Of a DNA stretch of 21,718 bases, positions 1 through 8,232 are shown piece after piece. The stretch spans positions 91,293-113,010 of the IMG/VR virus record IMGVR_UViG_3300031867_000016; one strand, given 5' to 3'. Under the pieces are notes generated by a model. That model was not told where the DNA came from. It saw nothing but the letters and a program-made list of their open reading frames with translations, and searched no databases. The stretch's first letter is position 1. Each line of letters starts with the position of its first letter. Both the position numbers and the translations under genes were made by a program. Source of the stretch: a virus (Duplodnaviria; Heunggongvirae; Uroviricota; Caudoviricetes).

Positions 1-466
1 TAAAAGCAAACGCAGCAAGCTGATCATGCGTAAAGGATATGTTTCTTTCAGAGTACAAAACAATTTCCCATGTCGTTGTATCTCCTGCATACATCTGCAG
101 ATTTGGACATGTATAATCGACAGATCTTCCATATGAATCTGGCTTTACACGTTTTGTTACCGCAAGAATGACATGATAGACAGTCAATCCTGTATATGAA
201 TCCGTAATGTATACATAACAGTTAACGTTGTTGCCCCTCTCAAGGGCTTCATCAGGTATCGGAGCTACCCATTTTTCATTCTCCTGATGTGCGACATGGG
301 TTATTGTCTCTTTCATTCCATCAACGGCGTATTGAATCTGAACAATTCGAGCTGTTTTTAAACCAGAAAGACGCAGTTTTAAACCTTTGTCATACTGATA
401 TACGTTGCTGATGGTTTTTGAATGTATGGAAGGGCCGATTTCTACATCGATAAATTCGCTTCTCAC
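1..466 (-). CDS. Probable phage structural/baseplate-associated protein (BppU N-terminal-like), 3' end outside window
   Basis: Not in the ORF track; translated by hand. GTG at 466 is preceded by TAAGGAGG. The frame stays open to the window edge: MRSEFIDVEIGPSIHSKTISNVYQYDKGLKLRLSGL...VAPIPDEALERGNNVNCYVYITDSYTGLTVYHVILAVTKRVKPD... The YQYDxG, IPD and KRxKP pattern resembles N-terminal modules of Bacillota phage tail/baseplate proteins. The ORF is solid; the product is tentative. Confidence 0.6.
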   Translation of the reverse strand, partial: MRSEFIDVEIGPSIHSKTISNVYQYDKGLKLRLSGLKTARIVQIQYAVDGMKETITHVAHQENEKWVAPIPDEALERGNNVNCYVYITDSYTGLTVYHVILAVTKRVKPDSYGRSVDYTCPNLQMYAGDTTTWEIVLYSERNISFTHDQLAAFAF

Positions 467-477
467 GCTATCCCTCC

Positions 478-612
478 TTATGTTGAACACAATAACCATT
501 GTTCGCCGTCATAGTAATAAATGGTACATAACAGCCATGATGTACCGTCAAAATAATAGACAGAAGCATTCACGTAGCCGCTGTCCTGGTAAATCTTTAT
601 GGAGTTTTCCAT
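478..612 (-). CDS. 44-aa hypothetical peptide with an internal tandem repeat
   Basis: Hand translation: MENSIKIYQDSGYVNASVYYFDGTSWLLCTIYYYDGEQWLLCST. A GGAAGG SD-like sequence lies upstream, and the stop TAA overlaps the next gene's SD (TAAGGAGG). Confidence 0.7.
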   Translation of the reverse strand: MENSIKIYQDSGYVNASVYYFDGTSWLLCTIYYYDGEQWLLCST

Positions 613-642
613 AATGATCACTGCCTTCCGTGGCAGAGTTTG

Positions 643-1026
643 TTATGCGGTTTCTTCTTCGATTGCGAGTTCATCTTTTGGGATGTCATAGACTCGAATC
701 CTGTCGGTTTTATGAAGCGCCTCTCCTTTGAGGACGAGGATCTCTTTATAGATGTTGCGCTTGATTTCCTCAATCGTCAAAGGAGAGGTGTACACAACCT
801 TATCAATCATTACGATAGCTGTCTTAGCAGCCAGTGTTCCGCATGCATTGACGAGTGTCTTATTTCGTCTTTCTCTTTTGACCATTTCCCTTGTCTGATA
901 ATTTTCCATGCTCTGGATTCCAACTATTCTTGCGACAGGGATGGCAATATATTTCGATATATTTGCGAAAATGTTTTCCACTTGCAACAAGTGTACCATC
1001 TCCATACTCATCAGTAATCCCAACAC
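643..1026 (-). CDS. RemA/DUF370-like protein (extracellular matrix regulator family)
   Basis: The segment NISKYIAIPVARIVGIQSMENYQTREMVKRERRNKTLVNACGTLAAKTAIVMIDKVVYTSPLTIEEI aligns by eye, without gaps, to the RemA pattern [67 protein letters not shown]. The true start is probably a few codons downstream of 1026. Confidence 0.6.
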   Translation of the reverse strand: MLGLLMSMEMVHLLQVENIFANISKYIAIPVARIVGIQSMENYQTREMVKRERRNKTLVNACGTLAAKTAIVMIDKVVYTSPLTIEEIKRNIYKEILVLKGEALHKTDRIRVYDIPKDELAIEEETA

Positions 1027-1385
1027 CCGTCGCAGAACGGGGCGGCTTCTTCGCCGCCCCCGTTCAGCTCCGTGTCGTATCCGAGTATGCCCATTGTGGT
1101 AGTACCTTCATATCCATCCTGAGTATAGTGGTTCAGTGTTCCAAATAATCCAACATTGGATGTGCCTACAAACCTGCTGTCTCCGTCATATGTCGCAAAA
1201 TCTGCGACAATTCCGCTGTGCGAGGAGCCTGCAAAATTTCCGTCATTGTCATAATGGTTGTAAGATCCTTCAAGCATACCGGGCCAGCTTTCGCCAACCT
1301 TTCTGCCGTTCTCATAGTGAATGTATTGTCCGAATAAACCTCTTTCAGTTCTGATATTTCTGCTCACCGAGCATACTCCTTTCAT
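1011..1385 (-). CDS. Hypothetical Gly-rich protein with ~20-aa internal repeats
   Basis: 124-aa ORF abutting the dnaE stop, with a repeated G-x-S-x-x-G-(L/I/M)-x-G-x-x-x-H-Y unit. Confidence 0.7.
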   Translation of the reverse strand: MKGVCSVSRNIRTERGLFGQYIHYENGRKVGESWPGMLEGSYNHYDNDGNFAGSSHSGIVADFATYDGDSRFVGTSNVGLFGTLNHYTQDGYEGTTTMGILGYDTELNGGGEEAAPFCDGCWDY

Positions 1386-4300
1386 CTAAGCTGCATCAGC
1401 CTGTTCTTTCTTTTCTTTCTTTCTCACTGGTGGATTGCTGACGATCTTATATTCAGATAACCACTTATCAAACTCACCTGTGAATTCACGCTTGCCGTTG
1501 ATGAAACGGCTGCGCGGTTTCTTACTCCATGTTTCAAGAGAGAAGACCGAATTGACATCCAGTTTGTTCACACTGTAAGCGTTCTTCATTACACGCATCG
1601 TTCCTGACGTCCCTCTCTGAAGAGAATATATGCTGATGTTGACACCATATTTATCGTCCAAATCTTTCACAATGTAATAGTTATCAGGAGCGTCTTTGTC
1701 GTAGGAGATACAAAGACCCAGATATTCATTCTCATCCTGAACGGTTTCTACGATAGACAGGTTTTCATTGGGTGTTTCGTCTTCCAGTTTCCGCAGTACT
1801 GTCAGACGAGCCGGGGCAGACTTCAGCGTTTTGCTGATCCTGTTCTTCCCGTAATAGAATTCATTGGCAAGCGTCAGAAGTTTCTTTGACTTGCCGAACC
1901 GTTCGAAGTACCCAATGCGGATCAGTACTTCAACCTGGTTCTTCTTAATGCTGGTATTCATGAGGATATAATAAAGGAGATCAACGAAATAATTGAACTC
2001 CATATCTTTCATGGCTGTCAGGTCATTGGATACATTCTGTCCGATATCTTTTACAGATGCCAGACTCTGAGAGATGGATCCGTTTTCCTTATCAATATAC
2101 CAGTCATTGTTATCATGACCGAAGCGGGCAGCTGTAAGCTTTATACCCTTATATCTTCCCATTTCATCGATGAGAAGAGACACCTTTTTCTTGTCGCCTT
2201 TTTCGGTATAGATATTAAGTACGGTTGCATAGAACTCATATGGATACTTGTATTTCAGATAGGCTCCATACAGGGAGTCCAGTCCATATGCATATGCATG
2301 AGCGCAGCAGAACAGATAGGAAGCCGAAGCCAGAATAACTGACCAGACATCTCCTGCTGTTTTCTCTGCGAGTTGTTGATCGACATGCTGTTTATCGATG
2401 AGATAAGATGTAAAGCCTGGAATAAACTTCTCTTTGTAGCTTTCAACCTTTGCCAGTTTCTTTTTCTTGATTGCCTTAATCAGCAGATATGCATCGCTTG
2501 GTTCAATACCAGCAGCCTGAGCAAGACTGAGTATCTGTTCGTCATAGAACAGATATGAAGAGTCACCGGTAACACCGGTTGCTCCGTTCAGCTTCAGCAT
2601 TTCATCCATTGCCGGTATCTTGTAGTTGTGAAAACTTCTTGATACAAATGAGTCCACAAGACTCTTGGCTCCAGGTCGAATGGCTGCTACGAATGCAGCC
2701 AGTTCGACCGTGTTCTTTGGTTTGAACTGCATAGCTCTCTGTGTAGTCTTTGCACGTTCAAACTGATTGACACATTGGGTAAAACCGTTGCTGTATATAT
2801 CGTAAACATGTGGATCCTTGATCGTTTCAGCGATCAGATCATTGGCTGAGAGCATTGGTTTGCCGGCTCGCTGGAATACCTTGTTGATAATGTCCACAAC
2901 AGTTACTGTCAACAGGTCAATCTTACAGTAGCCGTAAGCGTCTGCTGTTGCACCGTCAACGTACACTGTGTAGACAGGTTCCGTGCTGCCTTTTTTCGGC
3001 TTCTGTCTGATGATGCCAAACTCTCTGCGAAGATCTTTATGATAGACAAGGAATGCACATGGATGCGGGCTGAGGCTGGTGATGATCTGCCTGAACTGTT
3101 TGCTGTCATTGACAATGTTGATGTACTTGTCGTCAATATAGTTTTCAAGAATAACATCGTCATCTACATTGTAGTCAGGATCATCCTGGTTGTTTTCGAT
3201 GGCGTGTTTTCTATCCAGTTCATAGGAAGATATCTGTTTAGAAATGTCATTGGCAATTTCGAATGGAATATTTCTGACAGTCGCCAGCATTTTGAATGCT
3301 GACAAAGTCTGCAGTTTGCCATAGGCAAGCATTGGGAGACACCCGTATTCACCGAAGATCTCTTTGCCAGCCTGTGCAAACGGCGCCTGATCAGCTACGT
3401 TTGTATCAATATCTGGCATGCTGCCTGATGAAAGTTTCTCTGCTGAAATAAATCTTGCAGGATACATTTTGACCGGTGTCTTCAACCTGTTAATGGAAGT
3501 AAAACCCAGTCCATAGTTGGTAGCAAAACTGCAGGCGGAACCTCTTGAAGTGGTCGTCATTACTCCACCGTTCTCTATGCCTTTCTGTACGAGGTCATGG
3601 AGTCCAATAAAGTAATCAGCACTGTTGGTATTTACGATAGTATTCATTTCATTCCGCAGTTCCGCCGCCTCCTCACGGGTCGGCGTCCCTGCTTGTGTTA
3701 TATAGCCATCGCATACCATTTTCTGATAGAGGTGGTTTCTTTGTTCGACAGTGAGATCAGGTCTTGAGATTGGAAACTTGCGTCTCTTGTCAAACGTGAT
3801 CCCTTCAAAGGTTCCTAGAATGGTTGTGTTTTCAAATGCTTCTTCAATCTGAGCCCGGCTGAATATGTTCTGGTCTAGCATCATCTGAAAAGCTTCGTCA
3901 GGCGTGGGAAGATACATGTCAAAGTCGTCGTCCTTGTTGGACTCTTCATCGCTCTTTGCCGTCTTCTTCTTTGCCCAGAGTAATTCCTGTCGCAGGATCT
4001 TATCTTCTTTATTAATGTAGTGGCTGTCTGTCGCATAGATCAGAGGCCATCCGTACTTCTTGTAGATGTCAAGTATTTTTGCGTTGTGTTCAAGCTGGAT
4101 CTTCTGTGGATGATGCTGTACTTCGAGGTAGAAGTTCTCGCGAAACATCTCGTGAAGTACGTTACAGATATCCAGTCCCTGTTCCGGGTCAGACAGAGGA
4201 CCGCCAACGCATGCGGTTGTGACAAGGAAATGTTTATAGTCCAGCTCATTCAGGAGTTCGTAATCGACACGGGCTTTCTTATAGAAGCCTGTTTCGTTTG

Positions 4301-4649
4301 CTCTTGAGAGCATGAAGTTCAGCTGACCAAGTCCTTCATTATCTTTCGCAATGACAATCAGGTGAAAGTTTCTGCCATCCTTGAGTTCAGGATTCCGATC
4401 TGGAACAAAGTAGCATTCCGCTGCAGCGATGGGTTTCATAGTGAAACTTTCGTCACTGTATTTGTCACATAGATCAGCCTGTTCATAGATGTTGCTGCGG
4501 TTGCCGTGCTCTGAGAGGCAGAGCACCGGCACACCGCGCTCTTTCATGACCTTTGCGTAGTCATCGATTGAGGCAGGCGAGTCATTGCGTGTAAAGATAT
4601 TGGAGTAATACGTGTGACAATGATACGGGTAATAGATCGGTGCTCCCAT
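1386..4649 (-). CDS. dnaE: DNA polymerase III alpha subunit (family C) with PHP domain
   Basis: 1087 aa. PHP motifs HCH, EHG and TDSH; polymerase motifs SRGSAC, MPDIDTN, SPHPCA and KIDLL; AIRPG; FCCAHAYAY. SD AAGGAGTGG upstream. Confidence 0.96.
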   Translation of the reverse strand: MGAPIYYPYHCHTYYSNIFTRNDSPASIDDYAKVMKERGVPVLCLSEHGNRSNIYEQADLCDKYSDESFTMKPIAAAECYFVPDRNPELKDGRNFHLIVIAKDNEGLGQLNFMLSRANETGFYKKARVDYELLNELDYKHFLVTTACVGGPLSDPEQGLDICNVLHEMFRENFYLEVQHHPQKIQLEHNAKILDIYKKYGWPLIYATDSHYINKEDKILRQELLWAKKKTAKSDEESNKDDDFDMYLPTPDEAFQMMLDQNIFSRAQIEEAFENTTILGTFEGITFDKRRKFPISRPDLTVEQRNHLYQKMVCDGYITQAGTPTREEAAELRNEMNTIVNTNSADYFIGLHDLVQKGIENGGVMTTTSRGSACSFATNYGLGFTSINRLKTPVKMYPARFISAEKLSSGSMPDIDTNVADQAPFAQAGKEIFGEYGCLPMLAYGKLQTLSAFKMLATVRNIPFEIANDISKQISSYELDRKHAIENNQDDPDYNVDDDVILENYIDDKYINIVNDSKQFRQIITSLSPHPCAFLVYHKDLRREFGIIRQKPKKGSTEPVYTVYVDGATADAYGYCKIDLLTVTVVDIINKVFQRAGKPMLSANDLIAETIKDPHVYDIYSNGFTQCVNQFERAKTTQRAMQFKPKNTVELAAFVAAIRPGAKSLVDSFVSRSFHNYKIPAMDEMLKLNGATGVTGDSSYLFYDEQILSLAQAAGIEPSDAYLLIKAIKKKKLAKVESYKEKFIPGFTSYLIDKQHVDQQLAEKTAGDVWSVILASASYLFCCAHAYAYGLDSLYGAYLKYKYPYEFYATVLNIYTEKGDKKKVSLLIDEMGRYKGIKLTAARFGHDNNDWYIDKENGSISQSLASVKDIGQNVSNDLTAMKDMEFNYFVDLLYYILMNTSIKKNQVEVLIRIGYFERFGKSKKLLTLANEFYYGKNRISKTLKSAPARLTVLRKLEDETPNENLSIVETVQDENEYLGLCISYDKDAPDNYYIVKDLDDKYGVNISIYSLQRGTSGTMRVMKNAYSVNKLDVNSVFSLETWSKKPRSRFINGKREFTGEFDKWLSEYKIVSNPPVRKKEKKEQADAA

Positions 4650-4667
4650 CCTGCCACTCCTTATCTT

Positions 4668-5462
4668 TTATCTGTGACCGTTCGGGCATATCTTTCTGCA
4701 GCTGCATATCTCCGTGCAGAAGAAGTCTGGTCGGTCATTCTTAACTTCCTTTGTTTCAAAGAAGTCCATTAAATCGTAGGTTTCAATTTTTTTGATAATG
4801 TCTGCTGCCCACGTATAGGCTTCGACAAACTCTGTCTTGTCAAAAGGCTTGGATGTTTTATAGTTGTCTGGTTCTTTGAACAGATTGAACATCAGTCTGT
4901 CAGGCCATTTGCCGTATGTTTCAAAGATATACTGCGAATAAAGCAGCTGCTGCTTATACATCTCATGTTCATTTTTCTTGAACTCTTTGAGACTTTTGCT
5001 TTTGTGATCCAATACAATCAGTTCACCTGTCGCTTCATCTTCCATGACCATATCCACGATGCCGATAAAGGGACGGCCTTCGATATTGGTCTTGAATTTC
5101 TGTTCTGTTCCGATGATCTTGTAGCCTTTGAACTCATCGAAGTTCGTGAAGTATTCCAGTCCCTGGTTGTATGCCTTGTCTGCATAGCCTTTTGCTGCAA
5201 GCATTCTGGGCCATGATTCAGGCACAGCCTGCTTGTATCGCTTTATATACTCTGCAGGAAGATCTTCTGCTTTTATTTCACCCTTTGCCCACTGGTCAAT
5301 CAGTTCATGAATGAAGGTTCCTAGCGACGCGAATGCATTGTTTACCAGTTCAGGCTTTGGTCTTTCTATTTTCTGAAGATAGAATGCGTATGGACATTCA
5401 GAAAATGTGGACAACTGAGAATAACTGTATACATGGTTCTCTCCCAATAAGCCCATAGGCAT
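4668..5462 (-). CDS. PD-(D/E)XK nuclease, Cas4/AddB-like
   Basis: N-terminal YSYSQLSTFSECP, then GTFIH, GIVDMV and IVLDHKS, QQLLY, and a C-terminal Cys cluster CTEICSCRKICP. Confidence 0.88.
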   Translation of the reverse strand: MPMGLLGENHVYSYSQLSTFSECPYAFYLQKIERPKPELVNNAFASLGTFIHELIDQWAKGEIKAEDLPAEYIKRYKQAVPESWPRMLAAKGYADKAYNQGLEYFTNFDEFKGYKIIGTEQKFKTNIEGRPFIGIVDMVMEDEATGELIVLDHKSKSLKEFKKNEHEMYKQQLLYSQYIFETYGKWPDRLMFNLFKEPDNYKTSKPFDKTEFVEAYTWAADIIKKIETYDLMDFFETKEVKNDRPDFFCTEICSCRKICPNGHR

Positions 5463-5469
5463 CTCTCCT

Positions 5470-6657
5470 TTAACTAAGTTTTACGGGGTACACGGCATCC
5501 ACACCGTTGGAAGATATCTTTAGTACAAGCTGATATGCAGGACCGAACAGGCGTTTCTTCACTGTATATTCATCTCCGCCAGACACAATTGCACCGTTTG
5601 TAATGACTGTTGTGTTGCCAAAAGTCAGATTCGGTACATGCTTGTGTCCTGCCAGCATGTAATCAATCTTCTCGTCAAGAACTTCAGACAGCTTCTGCGC
5701 TGATACTTTCAGATCTCTGTCAAAATCTCCGTGCACAGCAACATATCTCTTGCCGAAAATGTTGAATGTTGCCATTGTTTTTTCTTCTGTATCATAGAAG
5801 AAGATATTGTTGTAGTTGATAAGCTTCTGTTTGCAGTACCAGGATACAAGCAGATCAAGACGCTCGCCTCTAGCTGCATCATTTGAATTAGGTTCAAGGC
5901 GTGAATGGTTACCGCTGACATCGTTGATGTTGACAACATCAAAATGATCCGCAAGATCTTTGATGAAGCCTGCAATCAGTTCAGATACTCCCATGACCTG
6001 CTGGACCACATCGCTCTGGTTTTCAACTTTGATCAGCGGATGAATGTTGCCGCTGATCAAATCTCCCATTATCGTGAGGAACAGACATCTGATCTTGGTC
6101 TCTCTGCCAATGCGAATGATCTCATGTGCATAATTCATCAGACGCTGCGCGGCTATCTCTTCGTTATACTTGTTGAAAATGTTGTCGAATCTCAGACCGT
6201 AGTGAAGATCGGACAGCATAATATAAAGAGCTTTGTCAGATGCTGGGTCTTTTACAGCAGGCAATGGCAGCGGTTTATCATATGCCTTGATAGCAGCTGC
6301 CAATTCTCCGTAGAAAGAATCGCGTCTTGCATCTTCTCTTACAGTCTTTCTGTACTGATTGCGCTCATCTCGAAGCAATATCTTTTGCTTTTCAATTTCG
6401 CGAATACTGTTCTTAGCCGAAGTGTTCAGCTCTGTATCAAAAAGAGCGCTTGCTGCCGGTGGCTGAAAAGCCGCAACAAGACGCTTGAATTTCTTTCGAT
6501 AGTATGATTCCGTATACTTGCAGTTGAATGCATCATTGCACAGGTCTCGAATTTCATCCCATGTGATGTCAATCTGCCCCGTCTTTTTCATTGTGCCGAG
6601 CCGCCAGAGGTACTCCTCAAGAGACTCGGCTTCCAGTTTATCAAGTTCATTATCCAT
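5470..6657 (-). CDS. Calcineurin-like metallophosphoesterase with N-terminal helical extension
   Basis: All five metallophosphoesterase motifs are present: LSDLHYG, MGDLISG, GNHSR, VHGD and AGHKH. Confidence 0.88.
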   Translation of the reverse strand: MDNELDKLEAESLEEYLWRLGTMKKTGQIDITWDEIRDLCNDAFNCKYTESYYRKKFKRLVAAFQPPAASALFDTELNTSAKNSIREIEKQKILLRDERNQYRKTVREDARRDSFYGELAAAIKAYDKPLPLPAVKDPASDKALYIMLSDLHYGLRFDNIFNKYNEEIAAQRLMNYAHEIIRIGRETKIRCLFLTIMGDLISGNIHPLIKVENQSDVVQQVMGVSELIAGFIKDLADHFDVVNINDVSGNHSRLEPNSNDAARGERLDLLVSWYCKQKLINYNNIFFYDTEEKTMATFNIFGKRYVAVHGDFDRDLKVSAQKLSEVLDEKIDYMLAGHKHVPNLTFGNTTVITNGAIVSGGDEYTVKKRLFGPAYQLVLKISSNGVDAVYPVKLS

Positions 6658-6698
6658 GGAAAGCTCCTATCTTAACTGGAGCTTATCAAATCAGTTCA

Positions 6699-6881
6699 TC
6701 AATTCCAGTTACGTTTGTTATCGAATGCCAGCTTATTGTACATACCGCCGTACATTCCGATGAATTTCTCTGCTTCTTCCTGGCTTGCGCTTTCTATGTC
6801 AAAGCGCAAGCCAAGGATCTCGCAGATATCCATAATATATTTGATCTGTTCTTCCGTAGGTTTAGAGTTCATCAATCTCAT
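6699..6881 (-). CDS. Small hypothetical protein
   Basis: 60-aa ORF (or 57 aa from the ATG at 6872) filling the gap between the RNA ligase and phosphoesterase genes in the same orientation. Confidence 0.6.
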   Translation of the reverse strand: MRLMNSKPTEEQIKYIMDICEILGLRFDIESASQEEAEKFIGMYGGMYNKLAFDNKRNWN

Positions 6882-8223
6882 CCTGTGTCATGTTGTTGAT
6901 CTCACCAGATTCAACAAGCTTGTCAACTGCGATGCCAGCCAGTACCTTATAGTTATGGTTCTTCAGCTTGAATGCTGTGAACTTGCTTCTGTTGAGGATG
7001 CGTACCACAACACCTTCACGGATATGTGTCTTGCCCACAGGATCTGGACCGTCATAGTACTGCTTTGCTTTTTCCATAACATAAGCGCCGGGATCTTCGC
7101 AGTCAGAAGGAATGAAGAATGTTTCAAACAGAGGCACTGTTTCTACTCCGATCTCTCTGCATCTTTTTGCAATCTGAGCAGGGGAGTATTCAATAGTAAA
7201 GCCTTCTTCATTTGTCATAGTCATTCTGTAGACGAAGAGTTTGCAGCATGGTGCAAGATACACACCATCTTCTTCGCTTGGTTCGTACTCACCGTCAACA
7301 TCGCAGCCATAAGAGAATTCAGTTACAGGGCCATACGTGTTGAGGAATTCCTTGTCATTGACTTTCTTATTGTCAACAGTGGGCCTGATCGGCTTGCCGC
7401 CTGGTCCTGTATAGCCGACAATTTCGAAGTATACTTCTTCACCTTTGTTAAGTTTGTTCTCGAAGTGAGCAGCCATATGTTTTCTGAATTCATCGTTGCC
7501 ATAGTATCCTCCATCGAATGAATGCAGTACAACTCTGCGTGTCCCATTGATGTATTCCCATTCAGTCTTTTTGCGAGGCTTGAGATGCAGCAGCTTTTCA
7601 AACCATGTCTGCGGCAGCTCTCTGGTAACAGGAAGATATGCTGTGCGATGACTGGTACCGTCCATCTTGCATGTGATCTGAACAATGTCATTCGGTTTGA
7701 ATTCATCCAGGTTCTTATCAAGATGTTCGGTATCAATATGTTCTTCAAACAGCGGACATTCAAAAGAGATCTTTTTCTTCTTCTCTTTGTCGCTGTATGT
7801 ACGATCACTGTATGCTCTCTTTGGAAGATATTTCTGTGCAATCACAATGCCATTCAGCACTGAGATTTTGTCACCATCACGAAGTTCATTGACATTTGTA
7901 AACTTTGACAGTGAGGAGACTGGAAGACACAAGCCATCCGACTTGCTTTTACGTAGATTGATTGCCTTAACACATCTGGAATTCTCCAGATAGCCGCCGA
8001 TATTCTTGCCATTCTCGTCTGTCTTTCTGACGAGATTATTCTCTGCACAATACTCTTCACCAAGCTGTGTACCGGCAGGAAAATATACGACAAGCTGTCC
8101 TTCTGTATAGGACTTATCTACAATAATGTTATCGTCGAAGCACTGACCGACGAGAAGTCGGTCAGCGTTCGGCAGAGGCTGTAAGTTTTTAATTTTTGTT
8201 ATGTATCCACAATATTCTGCCAT
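6862..8223 (-). CDS. ATP-dependent RNA ligase, Rnl2/DRB0094-like, with N-terminal OB-fold-like domain
   Basis: Nucleotidyltransferase motif I TCKMDGTS (KxDG), FEIVG, motif IV REGVVVR and motif V AFKLKN. The N-terminus (ITKIKNLQPLPNADRL) is typical of DRB0094-family ligases. Confidence 0.88.
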   Translation of the reverse strand: MAEYCGYITKIKNLQPLPNADRLLVGQCFDDNIIVDKSYTEGQLVVYFPAGTQLGEEYCAENNLVRKTDENGKNIGGYLENSRCVKAINLRKSKSDGLCLPVSSLSKFTNVNELRDGDKISVLNGIVIAQKYLPKRAYSDRTYSDKEKKKKISFECPLFEEHIDTEHLDKNLDEFKPNDIVQITCKMDGTSHRTAYLPVTRELPQTWFEKLLHLKPRKKTEWEYINGTRRVVLHSFDGGYYGNDEFRKHMAAHFENKLNKGEEVYFEIVGYTGPGGKPIRPTVDNKKVNDKEFLNTYGPVTEFSYGCDVDGEYEPSEEDGVYLAPCCKLFVYRMTMTNEEGFTIEYSPAQIAKRCREIGVETVPLFETFFIPSDCEDPGAYVMEKAKQYYDGPDPVGKTHIREGVVVRILNRSKFTAFKLKNHNYKVLAGIAVDKLVESGEINNMTQDEIDEL

Positions 8224-8232
8224 ATGTGCTCC

